A stretch of 64,000 bases of DNA from Selaginella moellendorffii (GCF_000143415.4 NW_003314278.1:1432831-1496830), one strand, 5' to 3'. Numbered from the stretch's first letter, positions 36,557-49,215 are shown. The notes: generated from the letters alone by a model not told the origin. A program made the numbers and translations.

Positions 36557-37888
36557 GAGGGTGAAAGCCCAAAGTGTTCGTCTCCCAGACCCTGGGGGGT
36601 TTGGTGAGCTCCAAAAGTATAGTAAGGGGGAGGACTGCAGTGAAGCCAGTTTGGCCAGGAAAGGCGAGTTTGGCCCAGGAAGACTGTACCCAGTGTTGGG
36701 TGATGAGCTGCCCACTAGGAAGTCCAAGACTAAAGTGAACACAGACCGACAAGCGGGGTAGCTTGGTGAAGTGTTCAAGAGCCGGCTCTAGTTCCCCCAG
36801 GAGATCAACTGGCCGATGCTCCCAGTCCAAGTGTGGGTGGCACTACCTACTTGGATACCAGGTGTGGCTCAACGAAACCTCGCTCTAAGCCCATGGCTAA
36901 AGCACCCAAAGGCGGAAGGCGGGGAGAGTACCCAGGTGGCTCGCATAAGGCCACAGTGTTTCGAAGTGTTGTCCCCAAGTCCCAGACTGTGGAAAGGAAA
37001 AGGAGCAATCCTTTGGTGTGATAGCCAAGGATACGGTCACGTGGTGAGGAAGTCCCAGAGGACCATGGGACTTAGTGGTCAGGCCTGTGGGCCTTGATCC
37101 AGTGGCAGTGTTGGCAAACACGGCCAAGGGCAAAAAGAGACTTAGTGGGGACTGACAGAGGGATATTGGGGAAGGCTGTTCCCCTTGTCGGTGGGCATCC
37201 TAAGGATGCTAAGGAGTGGATCTAGGATGACCACTCACGGATGGTTGGCCCAGTCTTGGAGAGACAAGATTGTGTTGCAAGTGGTATTGGACTATCAGTG
37301 CGGCAAAAGTGATTGGGCATGGCCTTAGCGTAACAGGCTACTATGTCGGTGGTACCTTTGAGTGTCGGTCATGGGATTGGACACGTGGAGCACTTGGACC
37401 AGGTGCAAGGGTTGAGTGGCATGGATGCCATTCTTGGGGCTAGCAAGTCCCAAGTCCTGAAATGGGACTTATGGAGGTTGTGAATGAGACTCCTCCAAGT
37501 GGTCGGAGTTGTGGTTAAGTGACTAAAGTAGAATGGAAAAATTAGTCGGTTACAACTTGGTATCAGAGTTGTTCCTTAGTCCAACTTTTATTGGTGCTGA
37601 AGTATATCACCACTAGTGTTGGCATCGGAAGGTCCTAGGAGTGGGCTTGTCCTTGAAGAGTAGCAAGTTGGGAAGACATGGCTCTCCACTTTAGTTCACA
37701 TGTGAACTTGTAGGGAAGGTGGTGGATAGAAAAGGGCTAATAAGGGAACGACTTTGGGATCTTGGGAACAGTATAAAGGTTTCCTCAGAAAGTTGAGGAT
37801 GTGATCCAGATGAGCATTTGACGTAGCAAACTGTAAACTCCTGAGTTTGGACTTCCCAGGAGGTCACCCAGCCCAGTACTATGCAAAC

Positions 37889-38483
37889 TGTAAACTCCTG
37901 AGTTTGGACTTCCCAGGAGGTCACCCAGCCCAGTACTATTCAAACCCAAGGACGCTTAACTCCAACTATCCCAAGACCCTTAACCGATTGGAAAAGGGGG
38001 TGCACTCTTGTTCATGGGCCCTTTCCCTCTATATTTGAACCCCTATGGATCGTCTCTCAAGTCGTTCCCTTTGGTTGCTCACAATCCACCACGCTTCCCT
38101 GCAAGTTCACGCCCTCGTGAACGGAAGTTGAGAGCCACAGCTCTCCCGAGAGCCCCGCTCTCTTGACACCCTACCCCTCGGGTCGAGCCCAGCGGGAGCA
38201 AACTGGACCAGCCAGATGTCAGTCAACATGTGGTGCGATTCCCTTAGCCAACCAACAGAGTCAGACCCGAGACCGCTCTGATACCAAATGTAAACTCCTG
38301 AGTTTGGACTTCCCAGGAGGTCACCCAGCCCAGTACTATTCAAACCCAAGGACGCTTAACTCCAACTATCCCAAGACCCTTAACCGATTGGAAAAGGGGG
38401 TGCACTCTTGTTCATGGGCCCTTTCCCTCTATATTTGAACCCCTATGGATCGTCTCTCAAGTCGTTCCCTTTGGTTGCTCACA
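37889..38483 (-). mobile_element. Cassandra-type TRIM with 5S rRNA-derived LTR segment; 195-bp identical LTRs (37889-38083, 38289-38483)
   Basis: TSD CAAAC; PBS TGGTATCAGAGC; PPT AGGGAAGCGTGGTGGA; LTR minus strand reads AGTTAAGCGTCCTTGGG..TAGTACTGGGCTGGGTGACCTCCTGGGAAGTCC (5S A, IE and C boxes). Confidence 0.93.
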
Positions 38484-41400
38484 CAAACGGGCTAATATAG
38501 TTGTGGTAAACAACTATAGTTGGGATCACGAAAAAGATGCAGACTCCAAAACAATAAAGGAGTCACAAGATTACCCTCATATAGTTGAGGCTGATGCTCA
38601 TAACTTTGAGACCAGAATTGATGACCATGAGAGGTCAAATACAGAAGAGGACACAAGTCCTCGAAATGGTAGCCGAGGCTACCCTTGATAAATGCTGGAA
38701 CAACCCAAGGAGTTGGGGATGTACTTAGAGGATGAGTGGTATTCTCATCACATGGACAAGTAGTCCTAAGGGGCAAAAGTTGCCCCTAGAGAACAAAATC
38801 AAGTGTCAGAGTAACACTTGTGAAAATAGTCCTTGTGAGTAGGACATAAATGCAAGAAGTTGTATTCCAGTGAGTTGGTGCCTCACAAATAGGACCTTAC
38901 GGGTCTGTGGATTAACCAAGTCCAAAACTGCTGGATGACTCAAATAGAGTCAAGGAATCATCCTAAAGGATTGATGGAAGCATTTGGACTGAGGTGTGTT
39001 GTACCCCACAAAGGATGGAGGGGGGATCATAGGATTTAAGGATGAGAACAGAGGGTATCTCATCGGTGGCAGAATGTGCCATACTAAAGTCGTGGGAAAG
39101 GTGTTCCCCAAAAAGAAAGCAACTTTGGCATAGAGTTGTGTGTGCACTATGGTGCAGTGCTAACGGATGGTTGGCATGAGAAAGAGTGGTATTAGTCTTA
39201 GCAAAGACTTAGACACAAAGAAGAAGTGTCATAGAGGTAGGCTCGTGGAGCCAATGGTGTGGAGACACCAAATGTGCCAACGTGTGATACCTTGAGGTTA
39301 TGATGGTGGGTTCATAAGAACCCCTTGCCAAGGGAATACCAATAGAAGCGGGAATGGCATGGCCTAAGTTGGAAGGCATGCGGTTAGAGTGTGGTGACCC
39401 AGATAATGATGGAGGTGTGGAAGCACCAAGCAATGAATTGTAAGACTTGACAACTATGGGGCAACTAAGCAAGAGGTGTAAAGATAATTGGTTAAACGGG
39501 TAGAAGGTAGCTACCCAAGACTTTTAAATGGCATAAGGAAGTTAGATATACCCTTACAGGGGATAAATTGCTTATGCTGCGATATAGTGAGTCAATGTCG
39601 TAAAAGGAAATGCTCATTGTTAAGGAGACCATCATTGGGACACCCAAACACTCTGGAACACCAGGAGGTGGTGTTTAGTGTCGCAAGGGCAATAGATAAG
39701 GCCCAAAGGACTAAGTCCCTTGCGAATGATGGATAGAAGGTGCTATCCAAATGTCCAAGGTTGCAGAGACGGGAGAAAACTGTCTACCTGAATTGGACAA
39801 AGCCAAAAATGGAATTTTGGCAAGGCTAGTGATGGGCATGTAAGGGCCCATAAGCAATAACATTAATCCCGGTGTGTGGGATTATAAGATGAGCATACCT
39901 GGATTGAGGAACCACTCCCTAGGCTGTCGGGTAGGTTCATCCCCAAAAATACTTGCTAAAGCATGGTAGAAAGTGCAAAGCTATCCTCCTAGTTTGGAGG
40001 CAAATAACCGAAGGAAAGGTGTGAAGCCAAAAAGCAAGTAGTAAGGGGATAAAACCGAACCATAGGAATTGAAGGGCATAACCAAGGTTGGTTATGCCAG
40101 CTGGGAGTGGACAATCAAGTGGGGGCTCGAGGGTGTTGTTGCTAGCAACCGTGATGCCATGGAGAGTCTAAAATATGGAGTTGTCCATATTAGACTATAT
40201 GGCAACTAGAAAGCTTGCGTAAAGGGAGGCCTTAGCAAGCTAAGGGATAGAGTTCCTTCAAAGTTCCCAAAGACGATTCTAGGTAGCTTAGTACATAAAA
40301 AGGCCAAGTGTAAATGGTTCATGAAACGCGCAAAACTAGAGTGGCGCAGCAAAAGCGTGGTCTTAAAGCTTGCCAGGAGGCAAGGCTATCAAGGTTAAGA
40401 AAGTAGTTCCCGAGTGTTCAAAAAAAGGGCTTTGAATGAAAGTCTATGGTCAAGGACTTTCACGCTTATGCAAGAACCATGTTACGGTGGTCGAAGGACT
40501 TGCCAAGCGAGATTGGCAAGTCGGGGGAACAAATACCCTAGTTGAAGGTGATAACTTCATAAAGGGGGGCCATGGGGCCAAGCGTGGAGGAGTCCATGCA
40601 TGATCATAAACGTGTCAAGTGAGAAGACTTGGCAGTGTGGAGGAACTAGGTTCCTAAGCTGTGATCTATAACGTGCTTTAAGTATAAGTTGGTGCATCGG
40701 CATGGGGAGTCACGCCAGGCATCCGGTGTGATGCCGTCCATAGATGCATATACGGAGGTTGGGTTCGAGTCCCAACCCTCTAGTGCTTGGGTTTGAGTCC
40801 CAAATCACTAGGGCATGGTGATGGTTTGGAATATGAGGACATTCATATTTCGGTGGTCATGGACTCTCAATGAGGAGACTGGCTTGGGCACACCGCCAAG
40901 CAGGGGATGCTCCGGAGTCGTGATGCACAATTAGATTGCTTAAAGTGAAAGCTCGGCATATCTCATTTGAACACTTTGGTGCAAAGGGCACCAAGGACGT
41001 AGTGAATGAGATGGGGACACCCAGTCTTAGTTGTTATGGATCCTTGGCCAGAAGGGCTAGCTTGGGCACACCACCAAGTGTGGGGGATGCCCCTGGGGTC
41101 ATAGTCAACAACTTAGAAGGGTCTGAAAGACCTAGTTCCTATAGGTAAACCTATTAAGGGGTCAAGATGAGATCACTAAGTGATCTTGTGGCTAAACAAG
41201 GACAAGGTCTTTGTTTGGGTTAAGGGATACGGTTCCTAGTTTAAAGTGTTGATTTGAACTATTGATAATGGTGTGGCTTGGTCAAGGTGACCAAGTGGGA
41301 AGAGCACCTATGGGAAATGAGCTGTGTCACTGTTATGGCATAGTAAGTCTGAAGAAAGTAGTCTCTATAAGAAATCCAAGGGAGGGTCTTAAGAGTTGGG

Positions 41401-42119
41401 CCATGGATAGAGCCCACAGTAGGAAATATTAAAGAGACGTACTAGGGGTGAACACCCTCTAGACTTGGCAAAAAGCAAAGTGTTTGCTAATGGAACTGAA
41501 AGAAAACCTCGAAAATGGAGGTAACGATCTTATGTTGCTGGATGCAACAATCAAGGATAGGAGCAAAAGACTAGTGGCTAAGAAAAAAACCATGGGAATC
41601 ATGGGAAATAATCCAAATAGCAAAGTTAAGCTGAGAATACCAATGTGTTGGGTGCTAACAGATTGTGGGAAAGGCAATGTTTCCCCAAGGATGGATTCCC
41701 AACTGCTCCGATTTGGCGAAGGTGGATGCTCCAAAGGGGGGAGCAGTAAGGTAGCCAAATAATAGGGCCATGGGCAGCCCTAGCACCAATTATGATAACT
41801 GGAACTTAGTGCCAAAGGTGGCACGATATCGAAGAGAGGATGATGGTACCCTCAAGTAAAGAACTTCCTAGGATGGGGAAGCGGAGTTGCACAAAAGGTG
41901 CAAAGCAAGGTGTTGGAGACACCTAGGAAATTGACTCCAAAAAGTCAACATTTCCATCCTTGGCACCTAGCCAATATTTGTCTATGGTTTGACCCCAAAG
42001 GCTCACCATGCTTTGTCCATCCTCTAAGGAGTATAGTCTTTCCAACATGGAGACAACGAAGCGAGCAATAAGCGAGGCTCCAAAAAGGGACCCAAAAGGA
42101 CCAACACATGACATGTGGA

Positions 42120-42727
42120 AGTGTCTGAGGTGGAGTCCGAGATGGACCCGAGTTGGAGTCCGAGATGGAGTCCGAGATGGACCAAGACGAAGTCCGAGAT
42201 GAAGTCTGAGATGGAGTCCGAGGTGGAGTCCGAGATGGAGTCTGAGATGGAGTCCGAGGTGGAGTCCGAGGTGGAGTCCGAGATGGAGTCCGAGATGGAC
42301 CGAGAAGGAGTCCGAGATGGAGTCCGAGGTGGGGTCCGAGATGGAGTCCGAGATGAAGTCCGAAGTGGAGTCCGAGATGGAGTCCAAGATGGACCGAGAC
42401 GGAGTCCGAGATGGAGTCCGAGATGGACCGAGACGGAGTCTGAGATGGAGTCCGAGATGGACCCGAGATGGAATCCAAGATGGAGTCCGAGAAGGACCCG
42501 AGATGGAGTCCGGGTCAAGACTGAGACCGGGACCAAGACCGAGACCGAGACCGAGACCGGGACCGGGACCGAGACCGAGGCGGAGGCCGAGACCGAGCCC
42601 GAGTCCGAGTCTGAGTCCGAGTCCGAGTCCGAGTCCGAGTCCGAGTCCGAGTCCGAGTCCGAGTCTGAATCCGAGTCCGAGTCCGACTCCGAGTCCGACT
42701 CCAAGTCCGAGTCCAAGTTCGAGTCTA
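42120..42727 (+). repeat. Satellite-like array in the 3' LTR (same 12-mer and 6-mer units)
   Basis: Seen directly. Confidence 0.92.
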
Positions 42728-44035
42728 AGAGGGTGAAAGCCCAAAGCGTTCATCTCCCAGACCCTGGGGGGTTTAGTGAGCTCCAAAAGTATAGTAAGGG
42801 GGAGGACTACAGTGAAGCCAGTTTGGCCAGGAAAGGCCAGTTTGGCCCAGGAAGGCTGTACCCAGTGTTGGGTAATGAGCTGCCCACTGGGAAGTCCAAG
42901 ACTAAAGTGAACACAGACCGACAAGCGGGGTAGCTTGGTGAAGTGTTCAAGAGCCGGCTCTAGTTCCCTCGGGAGATCAACTGGTCGATGCTTCCAGTCC
43001 AAGTGTGGGTGGCACTACCTACTTGGATACCAGGCGTGGCTCAATGGAACCTCGCTCTAAGCCCATGGCTAAAGCACCCAAAGGCAAAAGGCGGGGAGAG
43101 TACCCAGGTGGCTCGCGTAAGGCCATAGTGTTCCGAAGTGTTATTCCCAAGTCCCAGACTGTGGAAAGGAAAAGGACCAGTCCTTTGGTGTGGTGGCCAA
43201 GGATACGGTCACGTGGTGAGGAAGTCCCAGAGGACCATGGGACTTAGTGGTCAGGCCTGTGGGCCTTGATCTAGTGGCAATGTTGGCAAACACAGCCAAG
43301 GGCAAAAAGAGACTTAGTGGGGACTGACAGAGGGATATTGGGGAAGGCTGTTCCCCTTGTCGGTGGGCATCCTAAGGATGCTAAGGAGTGGATCTAGGAT
43401 GACCACTCACGGATGGTTAGCCCAGTCTTGGAGAGACAAGATTGTGTTGCAAGTGGTATTGGACTACCAGTGCGGCAAAGGTGATTAGGCATGGCCTTAG
43501 CGTAACAGGCTACTATGTTGGTGGTACCTTTGAGTGTCGGTCATGGGATCGGACACGTGGAGCACTTGGACCAGGTGCAAGGGTTGAGTGGCATGGATGC
43601 CATTCTTGGGGCTAACAAGTCCCAAGTCCTGAAATGGGACTTATGGAGGTTGTGAATGAGACTCCTCCAAGTGGTCGGAGTTGTGGTTAAGTGACTAAAG
43701 TAGAATGGAAAAATTAATCGGTTACAAGAACAACACAGCCCAGCAAGAGCCAAACTAATGTTTCAAGTGGTCGGATATGCATTTCAACCACTATCCCTAC
43801 TATATATTTGAAACCCCCTATAGCCCCATCCCCCGCCCCCCCTTAAGGAACACACATTTTGGGCTTTCACCCTAAGCCTCCTTTAGTACCAGGAACAAGC
43901 TCAAAACTTACTAAATATGGAATGTCCTTAGATTGTGAATTTGGACATGGAATAAACATCATTGTGTTCGGGCTAATCTCTACATTCTATAGATATGCCA
44001 AATGAGTGAATCTAAACACTTTCCATAAATAGCAT

Positions 44036-45640
44036 TTGGACAACAAAAGAACCAAAGAGCATGCATCCAAATCTTTGGCACAACAACAGCATCAACTTCT
44101 CAAACAAGATCAAGATCAAGACCAAGCTCAAGCTCCAGCTCAAGCTCAAGATCTCCTGGAAGATCACACTCATGCTTCCCAGGAGGAGCAGCATCTCAAG
44201 CAAGAGCAGCAAGACACTTCCAAGTCCAAGTCTGGTGGTGGCGAGGAGGCATCCTTTGGTATGTGGCAAGCCGCTTCATGTCTCATACCATCTCAGGGGC
44301 AGCAAGAGAAGAGTTCCAAGCTCCAAAGATCATCCACAGGTAACCATAGCAAGGCTCGCAACTTAGCAGCAGCTTTGGATGGATCGGGTGATCCCGAGTG
44401 CTCGCAAGGCATGGCTGAGTTCGTAGCGAGCATGGCGACGGTCAAGAACTGGGTGAACGCAAGCCTCAAGCCCAAGGACAAGGAGGCCATCTCAAGCGCG
44501 TCAAGGTCATGCAGCTTTTGCGGACTCAAGGGCCATTCGGTCATGGATTGCTCCGAGACGCTCGAGTGCGAACTTAAAGAGCTGGAGAGGCGAGCGCTCA
44601 TTCTCGAGGACATGAGTAGCGAGGTCCTTGACTTCCCTTGCTTGAGGTGCTTGGGGATGGACACTTGGGAGCTCAGTGTCGATTCTCGGTCACCGAGGTG
44701 GCGTCTCGAGCTCGAGAGAACAGTGAGATGAGGAACTGGAGATTCATGAGGAGGAACTCTAGCAACGTCTCAAGCCATCCGTGACCAGCGTAACAGTACC
44801 TGCGAATCCAAGTCTTGTGCTCGTGGATCACGCAAAAGCTATTCCCGCTGCCAGCATTCCTCCGGTTGTATGGACTCAAAGCACCAGCCTCGTTCCACAA
44901 TCGGGTAACTTGTCTATAGCTCTGCTTCACGAGCCCGATCACAAGGTTGCGAGAGCCAAAGATCAAAGAAAGAACGAGGAGAGTCCCAAGGGCAACACTC
45001 ACAAGAAAGTTGGCCTCCAAAGGACTGGAACTCCGGCTAAGAAAGCAGCAGCTCCGCAAACCAGTGAAACACTTCCCAGCGTTCCCAAAGACATGCTTGC
45101 TGCTATCGAGTCCGTGAGGCTGTCAAGGTCCGAGCTATGGAGGTAGTGCTGTCTCTCAAACACGTCTATGTCTTGCTTTCTAACATAGATCTCTCGGGTG
45201 TAGATGGATGGATTCTCCAGACTTCAACACAAATGTGCGAGGGTTCTTCTTGCGGCTAAGGTTTGGAAGATGGGAGAAAGATCTTGGTGGAACCGGCTAC
45301 AGGATGGCACGAATACGAGGTACTAAAGCTCTCGCAACGTTTCACCGAAGTTTGTAAAGGTCTCCCCAAATAAACAGGAGCCATCCGGAAGCTAGGTGGT
45401 GACGACAAGAACATGTCCGTCTCCGTGGATCTTGGAGACATGGAGTGCACAGTGGACAGTCAGTACGTCTCGAATCACTCCTTCACAGAGGTAAGAGAAA
45501 GTTCCATGGATGGATCGATCGATAAGCTTGGTCTCTAGGCGGAGCTTGTGGAATGGTGGAGGGGACGATGGAAGGCTGGCAAGCGACTCATCCCCGAGGC
45601 CGAGCTACAGGCGAAGCTCGCGCAGCATCACAACTGGTAG
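44036..45640 (+). pseudogene. Unknown, probably disrupted gene with Q-rich region and CCHC zinc knuckle
   Basis: CSFCGLKGHSVMDC (CX2CX4HX4C); further exon-like segments with GT-AG introns at ~45143-45203 and ~45492-45538; internal stops. Confidence 0.45.
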
Positions 45641-45672
45641 GATTTTGTATAGCGCTTATATAAATCTTCCAA

Positions 45673-47379
45673 AGGATCGAGTTTAGTCTAGATTTTGGAA
45701 CAACTTGCGCTGGTTTTGGTTCTCTTCATTGACTGGCCTGGCAAGACCCTCTTCTATGTTCCAGGGGAGCAAGGATCTTTCAAGCTTGTGGATTGTGCTT
45801 TGTAGCGGCTTCGAAGGGTGGCTTGGCTCAAAGAAGACCTCACTCCCCCTGCACAGGAGGAGATCGAGCAAAAGGTTAGTGTGTTTGAGACGGGTTCCAA
45901 GCTGCTGCGCCGAAGAAGGAAGCGAGGAGGAGGAGAGGCTGGTCGTGGATTACGTGAGATCTATTTTCCAATTTATCATCCACCATCTGCAGTGGACGTG
46001 CAGTGGTGTCTTACAGTCCCGGCGATTTGGAGCGACCAGGCCAAGGGCAGCATGCAAGTCTATGCTGAGAGGGCCAATCGTGGTGCCAAGAACGATACAG
46101 TGTCGGAGAGGGAGGCCGTCACACGCACCTTCGTTCCTCTAAACAAGAGCGATATCATCATGGGCATTAGCTTGCTCGGCTCCAGCAAGTCGCGGGTAAG
46201 TTTTGCAGCGTCCCCGATGCGAGCATCTATCCCCTGAGGATCATCCTGGAGCCGGAGGCAGCTTCTTTTTCGTGCCATAGGCAGCTCCGAGGTGTTCTCG
46301 AGAAGTTCCTAGTGGCGGATGTCGGTGGAATCATTGATATCATCGTGCATGAGAAGGAGAGCGCGCAGGATTGGATCATTCACAAGGTCCATGAAGCTTG
46401 TGCTAGCTCCGGTGCACTTGGAGGTGGGACTTACGTCGACTCCAACTTTCTGGAGTTTCTCAGGAAGAAGATCGGCTGCTTCGACACTTTCAAGCAGCAG
46501 GAGCCGGATGTGGTGCACAGGATCTTGAGCTGGTGGCTCGGACCCAAGGGCAAGTGCACGTTCGACGGAAGCGGCTCCAAGTTTTTGGAAATCCCTGCAA
46601 AGTTGTCCAAGGCATGGAAGAAGCACGACAAGGCGGAGCTGGGATTCCCAGAGAGCAGTGACTACTACGACGAGATCGAGATCAGGTGTGAGCAGATGAA
46701 GGCGATCTTTGACACCGAAGCCGACAAGACCATCAAGCTGATCGACGAGAAACTTCGCAAAGTTGACAACGTCAAGTACATCCTTCTGGTGGGAGGCTTC
46801 TCCGAGAGTCGCTACCTGTTCAACAGGATCAGGTTCGAAGACTTGGTCTCGCCCCCGAATCCCGGTTCCGCAGTGTGCCGGGGCGCAGTGGCTCTTGGAG
46901 TTGGAACAGGCGTGGTTCTCTCCAGGATCTCCAAAAACTCTTTATGGCATTGCGACGAGTCGCTATGCACGGTAGGACGATCCACCAGCATCCAAGTCTA
47001 TCGACAACTATGGAATCGAGAGATGCAGCGTCTTTAGCCTCTACGTCAAGAAGGACGAGTCAGTCTCGGAGAACCAGGAGATCACGCACTCGTTCTTTCC
47101 CATATACACTGACCAGAAAGCCTTGAGGATCGACTTACTCATCTCGAGCAGCAGCAATATTCCAGAGTACACGATCGACAAAGGATGCTCGACAGCTACA
47201 GCATGGACATAAATGAGGATCTAGAGCTGGGGACGAGTCGCCAGGTGGCCGTGACAATGTACTTTGGACGGAGCAACATCGAGGTGTCTGCACAGCGCGT
47301 CAACTTTGGGATGAACCGTGGGCTTGAGAGGCTCTACTCGGTGGAATTTGATGCGGCTCAAACTTATGTCAACAAGTAG
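45673..47379 (+). pseudogene. HSPA12-like atypical Hsp70/actin-fold ATPase, frameshifted
   Basis: LDFGTTCAGF, WCLTVPAIWSDQAKGSM, ILEPEAAS, FLVADVGG, GGTYVDSNF, ILLVGGFSESRYL, AVCRGAV; reading frame broken several times. Confidence 0.78.
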
Positions 47380-47499
47380 AGTCTAGCGAGTGTCAAGTTC
47401 TTCTCCGTGTTTTTTGTCTTAGTAGAAAGATCTGACTAAACCTAAGGCCATATCCCGAGAATATCGAGCGTACCTCGAGCATAGGGTTTTGTTTAAGCT

Positions 47500-49215
47500 A
47501 GCTAGTTATGGCTTCTGCAATCTCCTTTACCGTGCATAGCTCCGATCCACAGGATGTCCATCTTTTCACCGACTAGCCTGGAGCTCATACTACGGTGATG
47601 TGGCATACTCGAGTGTGGCAACGTGGGGAGCAAGCGAGGCTATCTGGTCAGTAGCCAGTGAGTACAGTGTGCCCCACATTGTGGGCAAGAGTGGATTTGC
47701 AACGTAAGACAGTTACAAGTCCAACTAGAACCTGAACTCATACTCCAAGAGCTGTGTAGGAAGTACTAGGAACAAAAGTTTCTATTCCTTCAACAATTCA
47801 GCCAAGACTTCAACTAATAGCAAAACCCCTTGCCCACAATGTAGTCACACTTCAAATAGCCTCATTTTCTCTGCACATCACCACACTTGAATACACCACA
47901 TCACCACATCAACTCTATACTGTGTTCCATCTCTGGCTCACACTAAGCTCCACTATTTTCCTCTCGCTTCCCCTTCTTTCGAATATTCTCTGGAATCTGA
48001 AGACTTCATTAGAACAACAAAAAAAATGCAAACTTTTATCACCAAGAAGGCTGAGCTTATGAGAGGTAACTTTTGTGAACTGTTTACCCTCCGAGGATCA
48101 TCTTGGAGCTGGAGGTGACGTCATTCTACTGTGGTAGTGTCTCCCTTTCTCGAGGGGACAAGTTCTTGGTGGCGGACATTGAACTATTGATATTGTTGTG
48201 CACAAGAAGGAGAATTGCATCACCCACAGGGTCCATGAGGCTCGTGCTAGCTCCGGAGCACTTGGAGGTGGTACTTACGTCGACTCTAACTTTCTGGAGT
48301 TTCTCACCAAGAAGATTGGATGCTTCAACACTTTCAAGCAGCAGGAACCGGATGTGGTCCACAGGATCCTGAGCTGGTGGCTCGGACCCAAGGGCAAGTG
48401 CACGTTTGTCCAAATTCATGAAAGTTCCACCAAAGCTGCCGAAGGCATGGAAAGAGCATGACAGGGAGTTTGATACAGGAAACTGGGATTTGCTCCAGAG
48501 AGATGATGAGTGCTACCATGAGATTGAGATTGACTGCGAGGAGATGTGCGCAATCTTTGACACAGAAATCAACAAAACCATCCAGCTAATCGAGGAGAAT
48601 TTTGACAAAGTTGACGGTATCAAGTACATATATCTGGTTGGAGGCTTCTCCGAGAGTCCGTACGTGGTGAAAAGGATCAAGGTGCAATTCGAAGAAGCAG
48701 TGGAAGCTGTGCATTGTCCTTTTAATCCCACCGCTGCGATCTGCCGAGGTGCCGTGGCTCTCGGCACTGGAACAGGCGTTGTGCTCTCGAGAATCTCCAG
48801 AAAGTCTTACGGTATCTCCACAAGCCATATCTTTCGCTGGGACGTCGATCCACCAGAGTACAAGTTCTTGGACTTCTTTGAGATCGAGAGGTATCAAAAT
48901 GTTTTCTTCAAGGTGTTTGTCAAGAAGGACGAGCCAGTGACGGAGGATCAGTTGGTAACGCACTCGTTCTTCCCGGTATATAGGCGATAGAGATTACTTG
49001 TTCAGCTACACCACCTAAACAGGTTGTGAGAAGCTCAATCACTATAGCTTCGACATTGACGAGGATCTACATCTCGACACTGACCCCGAGGTGGCCGTGA
49101 CAATTTTCTCTGGGAGGAGCAGCATTGAAGTGTCTGCCCGGCGCATCAACTTTGGGAGTAACTGCGAGTCGAGAGGCTCAATTGGACGCTTCTCAAAAGT
49201 ATGTCAACAAGTAAA
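47500..49215 (+). pseudogene. Second tandem HSPA12-like copy, more degraded
   Basis: 48090-49215 is colinear with 46230-47379 (GGTYVDSNFLEFL, LVGGFSESPY, AICRGAVALG, SRISRKSYG). Confidence 0.78.

Larger units (their letters stand above)
35680..43726 (+). mobile_element. Large non-autonomous LTR retrotransposon (LARD-like); LTRs 35680-37554 and ~42058-43726
   Basis: TG...CA ends, 5-bp TSD AGAAC (35675-79 and 43727-31), Met-i PBS TGGTATCAGAG at 37558, ~1.7-kb direct repeats, no intact gag/pol. Confidence 0.9.

Noticed and set aside
35697-36830. Long ORFs (377 aa, and 359/272 aa at ~42 kb) with LGLG, ESEM or SDSD repeats
   Set aside because: They are stop-free translations of the 6-mer and 12-mer arrays inside LTRs; open in several frames on both strands
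38306-38361. 5S rRNA gene
   Set aside because: Only the ~56-nt internal promoter part is present, embedded in LTRs with PBS, PPT and TSD
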